Below, piece by piece: positions 24,203 to 34,234 of a DNA stretch of 64,000 nucleotides. The position numbers and the translations under genes are program-made. How positions within the stretch are numbered: position 1 is the first letter of the stretch; every line of letters starts with the position of its first letter. The notes under the pieces are model-generated. The model searched no databases and had not been told where the DNA came from. It saw only the letters and a list, made by a program, of their open reading frames with translations. The stretch comes from Candidatus Azoamicus soli (GTDB lineage Bacteria; Pseudomonadota; Gammaproteobacteria; UBA6186; Azoamicaceae), in assembly GCA_043390205.1 (NCBI GenBank), contig DAWERN010000001.1:143942-207941 (forward strand), written 5' to 3'.

Positions 24203-26089
24203 ATGATAATAAGTTATATTAACCAAATATTAAATAAGTATAAACAAAAACATCATAACAATTCACGTGTATACTTAAAAGACAATATAAAGATTTTCAC
24301 TTATATAGCATCCGCTATAAGTAAAAAAAATATAGATATACTTGAATCACCTGATGAATTTGGTGGATATTTTAAAAATACAATTATTTTACCTAAAGAA
24401 ATAGCTCTATTTAAGAACAATCAAAATAATTATATTTATTATCTATATAAAATAATTTTTTTTGTGTATCTAAATCAATTAAATTTAAATAAAAAATACA
24501 AAATAATTTATTTAATTTTATCATTTATATTAACAATAAAAAAAAGCAGAAAAAATATAAAAACCGATTATTTAAATATTATTCATTTAGAAAAGATAAT
24601 TTATTCAAAAATTAAAAATACAAACTCAAATATAACATCATGCAGATATATACTACTAAAAATAATAATTGATAAAATAACGTATAACAACACGCAAACA
24701 TTACAACTGTTAACACTAAAAGAAAAAGAATATCTGTATAAATTAGAAAATTTAATAAATATAAAAAATAATAATATAGTACACATAATAAATAAGGCGT
24801 GTAAAAGTTTAAGAATGTTGTATGCTATTAATGATTCAATTACATTATATCACCCATGGGGATATTTCTACTATAATGATAAAAAAAAATCTAACAGATA
24901 TAATTTTAAAACACAATTAGAACAACGTAAAAAACATCAATTATTACAAAGACTCGTTAATTCTAAAAAAAAAAATGTCGTTAACAATAAAAATATTTTA
25001 CCACATTTTTTTGATTATAAAAAAACCATTGATAAATATAATAAAAATAATAATAAATCATTAAATAATACAGATGGATCGGAAGTTCAATATTTAAATT
25101 CAACAAATATACAAACTATAATTGAACATACTAGTAATTCACAATATATCATAAAAAATGATATATTAAATAATGTTTGTTTATCTTATCAAACAATTAC
25201 AAACGAATTCAAAAAATATGAATATGACGAATGGGATTTTAATTTAAATGCATATAAAAAAAATTGGTGCAAAATTTTTGAAAAAAAAACTCAAATTCAA
25301 CACAATCAAACCTATTCTGCAGATTTTATTAAAAAACACTTAAGCATATATAAAAATTTAATTTTATTTATTAGAAAAAAAATTTTATCAATTAAAAATC
25401 AAAAAACATGGATAAAAAAACAAAAATACGGACATGATATAGATATAGATACACTTATAGATAATTATAGTTACGTAAAAGATTTTAATTTTGAGAACAT
25501 ATATAAATATAAAAAAAATATAACAAACGATATATCTATAATTTTATTATTAGACTCAAGTTTATCCACAGATAATAATTTAATAAATAAAAAACATATT
25601 TTTTTTATAAAAATATTAACGTTGATATTATCTTTAAGTTTAGAAAAAATAATACCATACGAAATATCAACATTTTATAGTAACACACGGCATGATTGTA
25701 GATATATAAAATTAAAAGACTTTTCTGACACTATTAATAAAAAAATGTATGCTCTTACAACTTTAGTATCGCATGGCTACACTAGAATTGGTCCAGCAAT
25801 ACGCCATGCAACAAAATTATTAACAAAAAGACAAGAAAAACAAAAAATAATCTTGTTATTAACTGATGGTTATCCAACAGATTACGATGAATATGAAGGA
25901 TTTTACGGCATAAAAGACATAAAAACTGCTATAACTGAAACTTTAATAAAAAGAATAAAAGTGAAAACACTTGTGATAACAAATCAGCCAAACACATCAT
26001 TTTTAAAAATTTTAGATAAAAAAAATTATTTTGTAACGACTAACATCTCTTATAAAAACTTAATGACCATACTTTCTATCATATTTTAA
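24203..26089 (+). CDS. norD: NorD VWA-domain protein
   Basis: YDEWDF..YK.NWC, MIDAS LLDSSLST, GYTRIGPAIRHA, LLTDGYPTDYDEYEG..GIKD; follows norQ. Confidence 0.9.
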   Translation: MIISYINQILNKYKQKHHNNSRVYLKDNIKIFTYIASAISKKNIDILESPDEFGGYFKNTIILPKEIALFKNNQNNYIYYLYKIIFFVYLNQLNLNKKYKIIYLILSFILTIKKSRKNIKTDYLNIIHLEKIIYSKIKNTNSNITSCRYILLKIIIDKITYNNTQTLQLLTLKEKEYLYKLENLINIKNNNIVHIINKACKSLRMLYAINDSITLYHPWGYFYYNDKKKSNRYNFKTQLEQRKKHQLLQRLVNSKKKNVVNNKNILPHFFDYKKTIDKYNKNNNKSLNNTDGSEVQYLNSTNIQTIIEHTSNSQYIIKNDILNNVCLSYQTITNEFKKYEYDEWDFNLNAYKKNWCKIFEKKTQIQHNQTYSADFIKKHLSIYKNLILFIRKKILSIKNQKTWIKKQKYGHDIDIDTLIDNYSYVKDFNFENIYKYKKNITNDISIILLLDSSLSTDNNLINKKHIFFIKILTLILSLSLEKIIPYEISTFYSNTRHDCRYIKLKDFSDTINKKMYALTTLVSHGYTRIGPAIRHATKLLTKRQEKQKIILLLTDGYPTDYDEYEGFYGIKDIKTAITETLIKRIKVKTLVITNQPNTSFLKILDKKNYFVTTNISYKNLMTILSIIF

Positions 26090-26658
26090 CTAAGTTGACT
26101 TATAATTTTTATAACTGCATCAAAATTTTTATCTAATCCTTGATGATACAATTGTATCACTCCAGTTTTATCAAGGATAATTATTAAATTAGAATGAATA
26201 TATTCATTATCTTTATCTTTTTTATATTTTATACCAGTTGCTAAAGCTATTTTTAGAACATCCGTTGTACTCACTTTATATATATTCCAATAATCGTTAT
26301 TTAATTTTTTTTCTAAAAAAAATTTATTTAAAGAATAAATCGTATCACGCTCTGGATCTAAAGAAATTAACAAAAAACTGATATTATTTAAATATTGTTT
26401 AGGTATTAATTGTTCCAATATTTTCATATTAGAGATAATAATAGGACAAATTGTTTTACAATTTGTATAAATCATAGAAAAAATATGTATTTTCCCAGCT
26501 AAATCTGCTAATTTAATTTTTTTTCCATATCTATCAATCATATTAATATCTATATGATAAATAGAATTATCTGGTAAATTTAAAGAATATAAAATTACCG
26601 GAAAAAAAAATAAAAATAAAAACAAAAATTGTCTTATATCATTTAAAATTTTTTGCAC
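26086..26658 (-). CDS. SCO1/SenC-family copper chaperone
   Basis: YTNCKTICP (CxxxCP), ISLDPERDT, YIHS. Confidence 0.93.
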   Translation of the reverse strand: MQKILNDIRQFLFLFLFFFPVILYSLNLPDNSIYHIDINMIDRYGKKIKLADLAGKIHIFSMIYTNCKTICPIIISNMKILEQLIPKQYLNNISFLLISLDPERDTIYSLNKFFLEKKLNNDYWNIYKVSTTDVLKIALATGIKYKKDKDNEYIHSNLIIILDKTGVIQLYHQGLDKNFDAVIKIISQLS

Positions 26659-27424
26659 ATCTAAATCCTAATGTTGTCATTGTATAATTAGCTTCCAAAC
26701 TATTTCTAAACGCAAAACGCATAAAAGCTACATAATCAGCTGGATCTATTACACTTGTAGCTGTAGCACCACAGTACAAAACTTCGTCTAACTCACCGCC
26801 TTCAGCATCTGTATTTAATAATATAACACTATTAAAATCATTAACCCATTCCCATATAACACCATGCATACAACAAACTCCCCAATAATTATAATCTGTC
26901 ATAACATCTAATGAAACAATTTTAGATTGGGACAGAATGTACCAATCTAAAATGTGTTGTAAATACAACGGGTCATTTTTCCCATTAGAATCATATTTGC
27001 TAGCAGATGCTACATATTCCCATTCATCAAGTGTTGGTAATCTAGCTCCAATATAAGAACAATATGCTTCAGCTGCAAACCACGAAACATTAACAACTGG
27101 ATAATTTTTAATTTCATCAAAATTCTCATTGTCTTTCCAATGAACTAAATAATTTCTATCAGCAAATATTGATTTTATATTTTCAACACTCCACTCAGGT
27201 TTATCCAAGATAAAAAATCGAAACTCATCATTAGTAACAGGATGTTTATTAATATAAAAATCTGCAATATTTACATTATTAACCAAGTCAGAATATTTAA
27301 AAAATGCATTATAAGAACCATGTGAAATAAAAATCATCTCGTTATTTAAGTTATGATCTAATGAAAAACATGCGTTAACATACAACAACTGAACTAGAAA
27401 AAATAAAATTTTTACAAGCTCCAT
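26639..27424 (-). CDS. Formylglycine-generating-enzyme (SUMF1) family protein, NirV-like
   Basis: HPVTN.EF, PVVNVSWFAAEAYC..GARLPTLDEWEYVA, HGVIWEWV, GFRCA; directly downstream of nirK. Confidence 0.88.
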   Translation of the reverse strand: MELVKILFFLVQLLYVNACFSLDHNLNNEMIFISHGSYNAFFKYSDLVNNVNIADFYINKHPVTNDEFRFFILDKPEWSVENIKSIFADRNYLVHWKDNENFDEIKNYPVVNVSWFAAEAYCSYIGARLPTLDEWEYVASASKYDSNGKNDPLYLQHILDWYILSQSKIVSLDVMTDYNYWGVCCMHGVIWEWVNDFNSVILLNTDAEGGELDEVLYCGATATSVIDPADYVAFMRFAFRNSLEANYTMTTLGFRCAKNFK

Positions 27425-27445
27425 AACTTTACTATCAACTCATAA

Positions 27446-28456
27446 CTATTTTTTATCAGCTAAAAATTCTTGAGTATCTTTTCCTATAACTTTTAATATA
27501 CCTATACAGCCTTTATTAAAAGCTCTAAATATTGAATGATCAACTAACACAAAATTACCAGGCATTTTTGTTTGAAATTCTACCATTACAGCCCCACCTG
27601 CTGGAATAAGTGTAGTTTGAACGTCTTTATTAACTAACGATCCACCTTCTACAAACACTTTATCAAAAATTATTCCTATAACATGAAATGATGAAATTAA
27701 ATTAGGACCTGCATTACCAACAAATAAACGAACTTTATCACCAACATTAGCAGATAATGCTTTAGTATCTGTTAATGATCCTACTCTACCATTAAATACA
27801 ACATACTCAGGAAATTCCATCAAAGCTTTTTCTTGACTAAATCCGTGTAACCCTTTTTTACCATAAGGATTATCCGTGTAAAATTCAGATTGTAAAATAT
27901 AATATTCTTTATCAACTTTAGGTAATCCTTTTGATGGTTCAACTAATAATAATCCGTACATACCATTTGCTATATGTAATGGAACTGGTGGAGTGGCACA
28001 GTGATATATATAAATACCAGGATTAACCGCTTTAAATGTAAAGACAGATGTCCTACCAGGCGATGTATTTGAAAAAGCAGCTCCACCTCCTGGACCAGAA
28101 ACCGCATGTATATCTATATTATGAGGTAATTTATTATTCTTATTGTTGTGTAAATTAAACTCAACTATATCACCTTGTCTTACTCTAACAAATTTACCTG
28201 GTACAGAACCATCAAATGTCCAAAAATGATATTTTACACCAGCATCAAGATCTTTAACAAGTTCTATTACTTCAAAATTCACAACAACATGCGCTGAATA
28301 ATTTCTTTTAACAGGCGGAGGTACATCAGGCGCGAATGTTGTAATAGCATCAATTTTAGGTTTACTTTTTGCAAAAACACAATCAGTAGAAAATAAAAAA
28401 ACAGCAATTATAATTACAGCATACATTTTTAAAAAAAATTTAATTTGCTCTTTCAT
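27446..28456 (-). CDS. nirK: Copper-containing nitrite reductase (AniA-like)
   Basis: [53 protein letters not shown]; type 1 and type 2 Cu ligands present; Sec-type signal peptide. Confidence 0.98.
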   Translation of the reverse strand: MKEQIKFFLKMYAVIIIAVFLFSTDCVFAKSKPKIDAITTFAPDVPPPVKRNYSAHVVVNFEVIELVKDLDAGVKYHFWTFDGSVPGKFVRVRQGDIVEFNLHNNKNNKLPHNIDIHAVSGPGGGAAFSNTSPGRTSVFTFKAVNPGIYIYHCATPPVPLHIANGMYGLLLVEPSKGLPKVDKEYYILQSEFYTDNPYGKKGLHGFSQEKALMEFPEYVVFNGRVGSLTDTKALSANVGDKVRLFVGNAGPNLISSFHVIGIIFDKVFVEGGSLVNKDVQTTLIPAGGAVMVEFQTKMPGNFVLVDHSIFRAFNKGCIGILKVIGKDTQEFLADKK

Positions 28457-28481
28457 AATATAGCCTCGTTATATATAAATA

Positions 28482-29822
28482 TTAATAATTTTTATTGAAT
28501 TTAGAAACTTTTGGTAACCCTGATCTAATAAAGGTATAAATAAAAGATACAATACCAGAAATAAATAAACAAGCTAAAGCAATAAGACATCCAAAAAAGA
28601 ATTTTAATTCTTCTCTAACTACAAAAAAATCCAAATCTAACATTCTTTCCAAATAAACTTGCACAATTCCTGCTAAAGCAAAAGACATAACCATACCAAT
28701 CATTCCTATATTAGAAGCCCAAAAAGCATATTTAGAAATTTTATATGTATAAATAGCTTTGTTATCAGTTATTATAGGTAATGTATAAGAAATCATTGAA
28801 ATAACAATCATGGCATACGCTCCCCAAAAAGCCAAATGTCCATGCATTGCAGTTATTAATGTACCATGAGTATAAATATTGATGCTAGGTAAAGTATGAA
28901 CAAATCCTAAAAATCCAGCACCAACAAAAGACATAACAGAACATCCTAACGTCCATGTTAAAGCTATTTTATTAGGATGATCTATAACTCTTTTATTAAA
29001 AATATAAAAAGAATAAATTGTTATACCTAAAAAAGCTAAAGGCTCCAGTGCACTAAAAAATCCGCCAACAAATAACCAATATTGTGGTGTTCCAATCCAA
29101 TAATAATGATGACCTGTACCTAATACTCCACTTAAAAATGTTAATCCTATTATGATATATAACCATTTTTCAACCAATTCTCTATCTACTCCAGTTAATT
29201 TTATTAATAAAAATGCCAATAATGAACCAAGAACTAATTCCCATACACCCTCAACCCATAGGTGTACAACCCACCAACGCCAAAATGAATCTACTGTCTG
29301 ATTAGTTGTATCAATCATACCAGGTAAATATAATAATGCTATAGCAAACAAAGCTCCATATAATATCAAACTTGTTGTTGTTCTTCTCTGCGCTTTTAAT
29401 ATTGTTAAACCCACTATACCTAAAAATAATAATACATCAACAACTACAAGATAATCAAGCGCTCTAGGAATTTCTAAGAATTTCCTACCTTCCCACCAAT
29501 TAAAATGAAACCCTATTATAGCTGTAATACCAACTATTACTAAAGCAATATATTGAACAACAGCTAGTGGCAATGAAACTAATTCTCTATCTACTTCTTC
29601 TGGAATGATATAATATGTAGCACCCATAAACCCACTTAATAACCACACTAGTAATAAATTATTATGAGTTGCTCTTGCTACATTAAAAGGAATAATATTA
29701 TGTAATACATCGTAGCCAAGATGAGCGAAGGCCATTATTAATCCATAAACTAATTGAAGACTTAATAATAACATTGATGCAGCAAAAAAATAATATGCTA
29801 TTTGTTGAGATTTAAATTTCAT
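28482..29822 (-). CDS. norB: Nitric oxide reductase large subunit (cNOR)
   Basis: WWVVHLWVEGVWE, GTGHHYYWIG, SALEP, HGHLAFWGAY. Confidence 0.98.
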   Translation of the reverse strand: MKFKSQQIAYYFFAASMLLLSLQLVYGLIMAFAHLGYDVLHNIIPFNVARATHNNLLLVWLLSGFMGATYYIIPEEVDRELVSLPLAVVQYIALVIVGITAIIGFHFNWWEGRKFLEIPRALDYLVVVDVLLFLGIVGLTILKAQRRTTTSLILYGALFAIALLYLPGMIDTTNQTVDSFWRWWVVHLWVEGVWELVLGSLLAFLLIKLTGVDRELVEKWLYIIIGLTFLSGVLGTGHHYYWIGTPQYWLFVGGFFSALEPLAFLGITIYSFYIFNKRVIDHPNKIALTWTLGCSVMSFVGAGFLGFVHTLPSINIYTHGTLITAMHGHLAFWGAYAMIVISMISYTLPIITDNKAIYTYKISKYAFWASNIGMIGMVMSFALAGIVQVYLERMLDLDFFVVREELKFFFGCLIALACLFISGIVSFIYTFIRSGLPKVSKFNKNY

Positions 29823-29838
29823 AAAAACTCCAATAACC

Positions 29839-30534
29839 TTATTTTTGCATTATTAAAAAATCAACTATATCTTTAATAGTTGATTCTGATAATGGAAATT
29901 TAGGCATTAATGAATTAATTTTAATTGATTTTGGATCTTTTAACCACTTTTCTAAGAACTCTTTATCTCTTAAAGTTCCTATGTTATCTAATATAGGAGC
30001 ACCTTCTATTCTATTCCCAACACCATGCAATGTATGACATGTTAAACATAATTTGTCAAATATATCTGGTTTTTTAATACTGATTGCTGCATTAACAGGT
30101 GCAGTCATTGTATATTTTTTTAAAAATGGCTCTGCAGGAAAACCATTGAGATCAACTTCACTACACCATTTTAAATATGATATTATATCGTCAATTTCAC
30201 CATCTGAAAAATCATATTTAATCATTTTTCTTTTTCCTGGATACATCGCCATTGGATCTTTTAAAAACATTTTAAGAAATTCTTCACTTCTTCTGATATA
30301 AACATTTGTTAATTCAGGAGCATAATATGCTCCTTCACCAAATATCGTATGACAACCCATACAATTATTACTTTCCCAAATATTTTTACCTCTTATAACA
30401 CTATTTGTTATATTTTCTTCATGTGTTTGATCGGGAATTTTTTTTAATGTATCATAACTTAGGAATAAAAAAACAGCAATAGCTGTAATTGTAACGATTA
30501 TAAATATTTTTAATGAATCTGATTTTGATAACAT
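29839..30534 (-). CDS. norC: Nitric oxide reductase cytochrome c subunit with an extra C-terminal haem c domain
   Basis: N-terminal TM helix, NNCMGCHTIFGEGAYYAPELT; second CLTCH...WLKDP...MP domain. Confidence 0.95.
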   Translation of the reverse strand: MLSKSDSLKIFIIVTITAIAVFLFLSYDTLKKIPDQTHEENITNSVIRGKNIWESNNCMGCHTIFGEGAYYAPELTNVYIRRSEEFLKMFLKDPMAMYPGKRKMIKYDFSDGEIDDIISYLKWCSEVDLNGFPAEPFLKKYTMTAPVNAAISIKKPDIFDKLCLTCHTLHGVGNRIEGAPILDNIGTLRDKEFLEKWLKDPKSIKINSLMPKFPLSESTIKDIVDFLIMQK

Positions 30535-30554
30535 AATTTAATAACCAAAAATAT

Positions 30555-30611
30555 AAAAAAAGGAAATTCTAAAATTAAAAACTAAATATTAGTGTAAATT
30601 AAAGAATTTCC
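30555..30611 (-). terminator. Long hairpin followed by a U7 tract between cytochrome c5 and norC
   Basis: ggaaattct (30562-30570) pairs with agaatttcc (30603-30611), with an inner actaa/ttagt stem; the A7 at 30555-30561 reads as U7 on the minus strand. Confidence 0.45.
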
Positions 30612-30623
30612 CCATAAATTAAT

Positions 30624-30992
30624 TTAATTTTCAATAGAACTCATAAATGTTATTGCAGCTTTTAAATCATTATCTGTGCAATCCATACATGTTCCCATTG
30701 GGGGCATACCATTATCAGTACCATTTGTAGCTGAAACTACTAATTTTTTTATAGCTTCTTCATCCCTGTTTTCATCTGTTAGATTAATTTCTATATTCTT
30801 TGACAGAGCAATTTCTTTTCTTTCATTCCACGCGTGTAGATCGTGTGCTGCTGGAGCATTAAACATTTTAGCCATACTAGGTGAATGACACACTGTGCAA
30901 TAACGATCAAAAATATCCTTACCTGTATTAGCTGAAACAGGCATCGATATTAATAAAGCATATGTTAAAATTACTGCAATTATATTTTTCAT
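30624..30992 (-). CDS. Cytochrome c5-family periplasmic electron carrier
   Basis: Signal peptide, CTVCH, APAAHD..AW..R, GMPPMGTCMDCTDNDLKAAI. Confidence 0.92.
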   Translation of the reverse strand: MKNIIAVILTYALLISMPVSANTGKDIFDRYCTVCHSPSMAKMFNAPAAHDLHAWNERKEIALSKNIEINLTDENRDEEAIKKLVVSATNGTDNGMPPMGTCMDCTDNDLKAAITFMSSIEN

Positions 30993-31009
30993 ACAATCTC
31001 CTCTTTGAA

Positions 31010-31615
31010 TTACAATATTGTTGAATTAGCTGATAAAAAAGCACTTATTCCTTCTGTTGAAGGTTTTATTCCAGTGTTTCCTTTCATCCATCCAGCTTGA
31101 CATACTTCACCATTCTTAGCATGAAAATCTAAAGCATCAAATAATCTAATATATTCATCTATATTTCTTCCTATAGGAAAATCATGAATATGTTGTACTC
31201 TAACTACCTTTTTATCATCTATTATAAATGATCCTCTATATGAAACACCAGTGTTTTGATCTTCTACACCATAAGATTTTATTATATTTTTTTTAATGTC
31301 AGATATTAAACAATATGATAAAGTACCTATTCCTCCCGATGTGATTGGAGTATTTCTCCATGCTTTATGTACAAATATTGAATCAATAGATATTGCTATA
31401 ATTTCTATATGTCTTTTTTTAAAGACATTTATTCTATTGTTTAGCGCTATTAGTTCAGATGGACATACAAATGTAAAGTCCATTGGATAAAAAAATAGTA
31501 AACAATATTTCTTGTCTATGTGTTTATAAAAATTAAAATCTTTCTGTATTGACCCGTCTGGTAAAATAGCTGGAGCAGTAAAATCTATCGCTGTGTTACC
31601 TATCAAATTTGCCAT
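31010..31615 (-). CDS. ahpC: 2-Cys peroxiredoxin (AhpC/TsaA family)
   Basis: FFYPMDFTFVCPSE, GRNIDE, GEVCQAGW. Confidence 0.93.
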   Translation of the reverse strand: MANLIGNTAIDFTAPAILPDGSIQKDFNFYKHIDKKYCLLFFYPMDFTFVCPSELIALNNRINVFKKRHIEIIAISIDSIFVHKAWRNTPITSGGIGTLSYCLISDIKKNIIKSYGVEDQNTGVSYRGSFIIDDKKVVRVQHIHDFPIGRNIDEYIRLFDALDFHAKNGEVCQAGWMKGNTGIKPSTEGISAFLSANSTIL

Positions 31616-31708
31616 ATTTAATTTTTCCTTATTTCATTTTTATAATATTACATTATTTTTTATAATAATTAAATATTTTTTTATTTTATATTAATTTATT
31701 TAATTGTA

Positions 31709-32845
31709 TTAATATTCTTGAGGAACCTGTCCCATTATAACATGACATTTTACAAACTTGAAATTTCTAAATACTTCTACTATATATTCTTTTCCAGGTT
31801 CTAAAGAACTAACAAATTTAGCTGAATCATTTAATGTTTTCATTATTACGTTATCGACTTTAGTTATTATATCACCAGTTACTATACCACCTTCCCAAGC
31901 TGGACCATATTTAACTACAGATTGTACATATACTCCGTAGCTTTCATCAAAACCTAACATATCACACATTTCTTTTGTAGTATCACTTAATTGAACTCCT
32001 AACCATCCTCTTACTACATGCCCTTTTTTGATTAGATCATCCATAACTTCTTTTGCTATATTTATTGGTACTGCAAATCCTATCCCTTGGCTACCTCCTG
32101 TTTTTGTTATTATAGCTACATTAATACCTACTAAAAATCCATTCACGTCTATTAAAGCCCCTCCAGAATTTCCAGGATTTATTGCTGCATCAGTTTGTAT
32201 TAAATTATCTAACCACCCGCCTAAAGAAATTTGTTGTTCATTTGATCTTGCACTTACTGAACCTAATCCACTTACTATTCCTTGTGTAACTGTATTATCA
32301 AATCCAAATGGATTACCTATAGCAAGAACTACATCTCCAACCTGTAGTGTATCAGAATCACCAATTAGTATAACTGAGATATTATTAATTAGCGTTTCTT
32401 CTTTAATTTTTAAAATAGCTAGATCTGTTTTTGAATCAGTACCTATTATTTCAGCTTCGCTTGTTATTCCATTTCTAAATTTTATCATTATAGAGGTTGC
32501 GTTTTTTATTACATGATTATTTGTTAAAATATATCCTCTTTTATCAACTATAACTCCAGATCCTAATCCTTGTTGCATGTGTTTTTGATACGGAGAAAAA
32601 TCATCTTTATTTTTTTCAGGTTCACCGAAAAAGAATTTAAATAATGGATCACTAAACATTGGGTGTGTTTCTATAGGTATTTCTTGTGATGTTTGTATGC
32701 TCACTACAGCTGATGCAGCTTTTGAAACTGTTTCTGCGTATGATACTTTATGTGTGAAATCTCTTCTGTTTTCCGCATATAATGTTAGTGTATACATTAT
32801 TAACATTACTGAAATGAGCGACACTATAAGATTTTTTACTTTCAT
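31709..32845 (-). CDS. HtrA-family (DegS/DegQ-like) serine protease with one PDZ domain
   Basis: GLGSGVI, TNNHV, TDLA, GNPFG, QTDAAINPGNSGG, RGWLGV. Confidence 0.95.
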   Translation of the reverse strand: MKVKNLIVSLISVMLIMYTLTLYAENRRDFTHKVSYAETVSKAASAVVSIQTSQEIPIETHPMFSDPLFKFFFGEPEKNKDDFSPYQKHMQQGLGSGVIVDKRGYILTNNHVIKNATSIMIKFRNGITSEAEIIGTDSKTDLAILKIKEETLINNISVILIGDSDTLQVGDVVLAIGNPFGFDNTVTQGIVSGLGSVSARSNEQQISLGGWLDNLIQTDAAINPGNSGGALIDVNGFLVGINVAIITKTGGSQGIGFAVPINIAKEVMDDLIKKGHVVRGWLGVQLSDTTKEMCDMLGFDESYGVYVQSVVKYGPAWEGGIVTGDIITKVDNVIMKTLNDSAKFVSSLEPGKEYIVEVFRNFKFVKCHVIMGQVPQEY

Positions 32846-32964
32846 AATTTTTCCTTATTGTTAGTATAATTAGTTATTTTACCATAAAAATTTATGTACT
32901 GTCACAATTGTTATTTTTTTTTTAATCCATTAAACTCCCGAAAAGGTTATATTGGGGAATATAT

Positions 32965-33156
32965 ATGGGATTTGGTAACATAAGTCCGTTGTCTTTACTT
33001 CTTATTTTTTTAATTATTGTTATATTATTTGGGACTAAGAAATTAAGAAATATAGGAGAAGATTTAGGTCATGCCTTCAAAAGTTTTAGAAAAGGTCTTA
33101 ATCAAATTGATGATAGAACAACAAAATTAGATGATGATAAAAAAGACGATAAATAG
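32965..33156 (+). CDS. tatA: Twin-arginine translocase subunit TatA
   Basis: ILFGTKKLRNIGEDLGHAFKSFRKG. Confidence 0.96.
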   Translation: MGFGNISPLSLLLIFLIIVILFGTKKLRNIGEDLGHAFKSFRKGLNQIDDRTTKLDDDKKDDK

Positions 33157-33280
33157 TTTGCTGGAGTGAGTTACTTTTATTAATTTAAATAGTTTTATTC
33201 AAATCTACTTATATAACAATACTGTTTTCTTTCTTTAAGAAAATGATAAAACCAGTTATATTTCTTATACAGAATTTAGT

Positions 33281-33721
33281 TTATTCTGGTAAATTTGATT
33301 TATTATCTTCTTTAATTTTTAATTCTTGGCGTTTATCATATTTCCTTTTACCAGAACATAGGTGTATTTCTAATTTTATAAAGTTATGTTTCCAATAAAT
33401 TTTTGAAGGGATTATTGTTAAATTTTTTATTTTTGATCTGCCATACAAATAATTTATTTCTTTTTTTTTTAACAAAAGTTCCCTGGTTCTTTTTTCATCA
33501 AATTCATGGATTTTAAATTCATACCTAATAGGCTTTATGTGTGAATTAATTAAAAAACATGCATTATTAGAAATATTGATATAGCTACAAGTGATGTTAA
33601 ATCCATTTTTTTTTATACTTTTGATTTCCCATGTTTTTAATATTATACCACTTTCATATGTTTCATCAATGGTGTAATTGAACAATATTTTTTTTTTGAT
33701 ATCTGTAATAATATTTGTCAT
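33281..33721 (-). CDS. smpB: SsrA-binding protein
   Basis: Y.I.ETYESGIIL..WEIKS, RTRELLLKKKEI, LTIIP, GKRKYDKR. Confidence 0.93.
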   Translation of the reverse strand: MTNIITDIKKKILFNYTIDETYESGIILKTWEIKSIKKNGFNITCSYINISNNACFLINSHIKPIRYEFKIHEFDEKRTRELLLKKKEINYLYGRSKIKNLTIIPSKIYWKHNFIKLEIHLCSGKRKYDKRQELKIKEDNKSNLPE

Positions 33722-34041
33722 TAAAAAAAAAAGTCCAGTGATGTAATTTTTAATGTATCATCAAATGATATGATCAGAAGTCTAATCACTCTACGTGATG
33801 TCATTATAGGAGCATTATCTATATAATAGTAACACCATATATTTAAATCCTGTATATTTAATTCGAGGTGTGGGGTGCCTATTTTTATAATAATTTCTGG
33901 TTGTGTTGTACATTGACTAATTGCTTGAAAATCAGCATATGTTATTAATTTGCCATAACCAATATGATTTTTTGTAAAACATGTGACTGGAAGAATAAAT
34001 AATAATATAATTATAATAATAATACAGTTTTTTTTCGTCAT
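33721..34041 (-). CDS. bamE: Outer membrane assembly factor BamE (SmpA/OmlA)
   Basis: IGYGK, TQPEIIIKIGTPH, WCYYY, LIISFD; upstream of smpB as in the ancestral bamE-(ratBA)-smpB locus. Confidence 0.7.
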   Translation of the reverse strand: MTKKNCIIIIIILLFILPVTCFTKNHIGYGKLITYADFQAISQCTTQPEIIIKIGTPHLELNIQDLNIWCYYYIDNAPIMTSRRVIRLLIISFDDTLKITSLDFFF

Positions 34042-34226
34042 TTTTCTAATTTCTTTTCTATATATTCTACGTGGCGTCTTATAATTGGATCGTATTTAAA
34101 CAGGCCGGATAATTTTCCGTCTTTTTTTGGCCCTCCTGGCATTTTTGAGTTTCTGACTTTTGTGTAAAAGTGTTTTGATGCTGTTGAAACTAGTTTTACT
34201 TTAATTGTTTTTATTTTTTTTGCCAT
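34038..34226 (-). CDS. rpmG: 50S ribosomal protein L33
   Basis: KVKLVSTASKHFYTK...KYDPIIRRHVEYIEKK; follows rpmB. Confidence 0.93.
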   Translation of the reverse strand: MAKKIKTIKVKLVSTASKHFYTKVRNSKMPGGPKKDGKLSGLFKYDPIIRRHVEYIEKKLEK

Positions 34227-34234
34227 GGTTTTTC

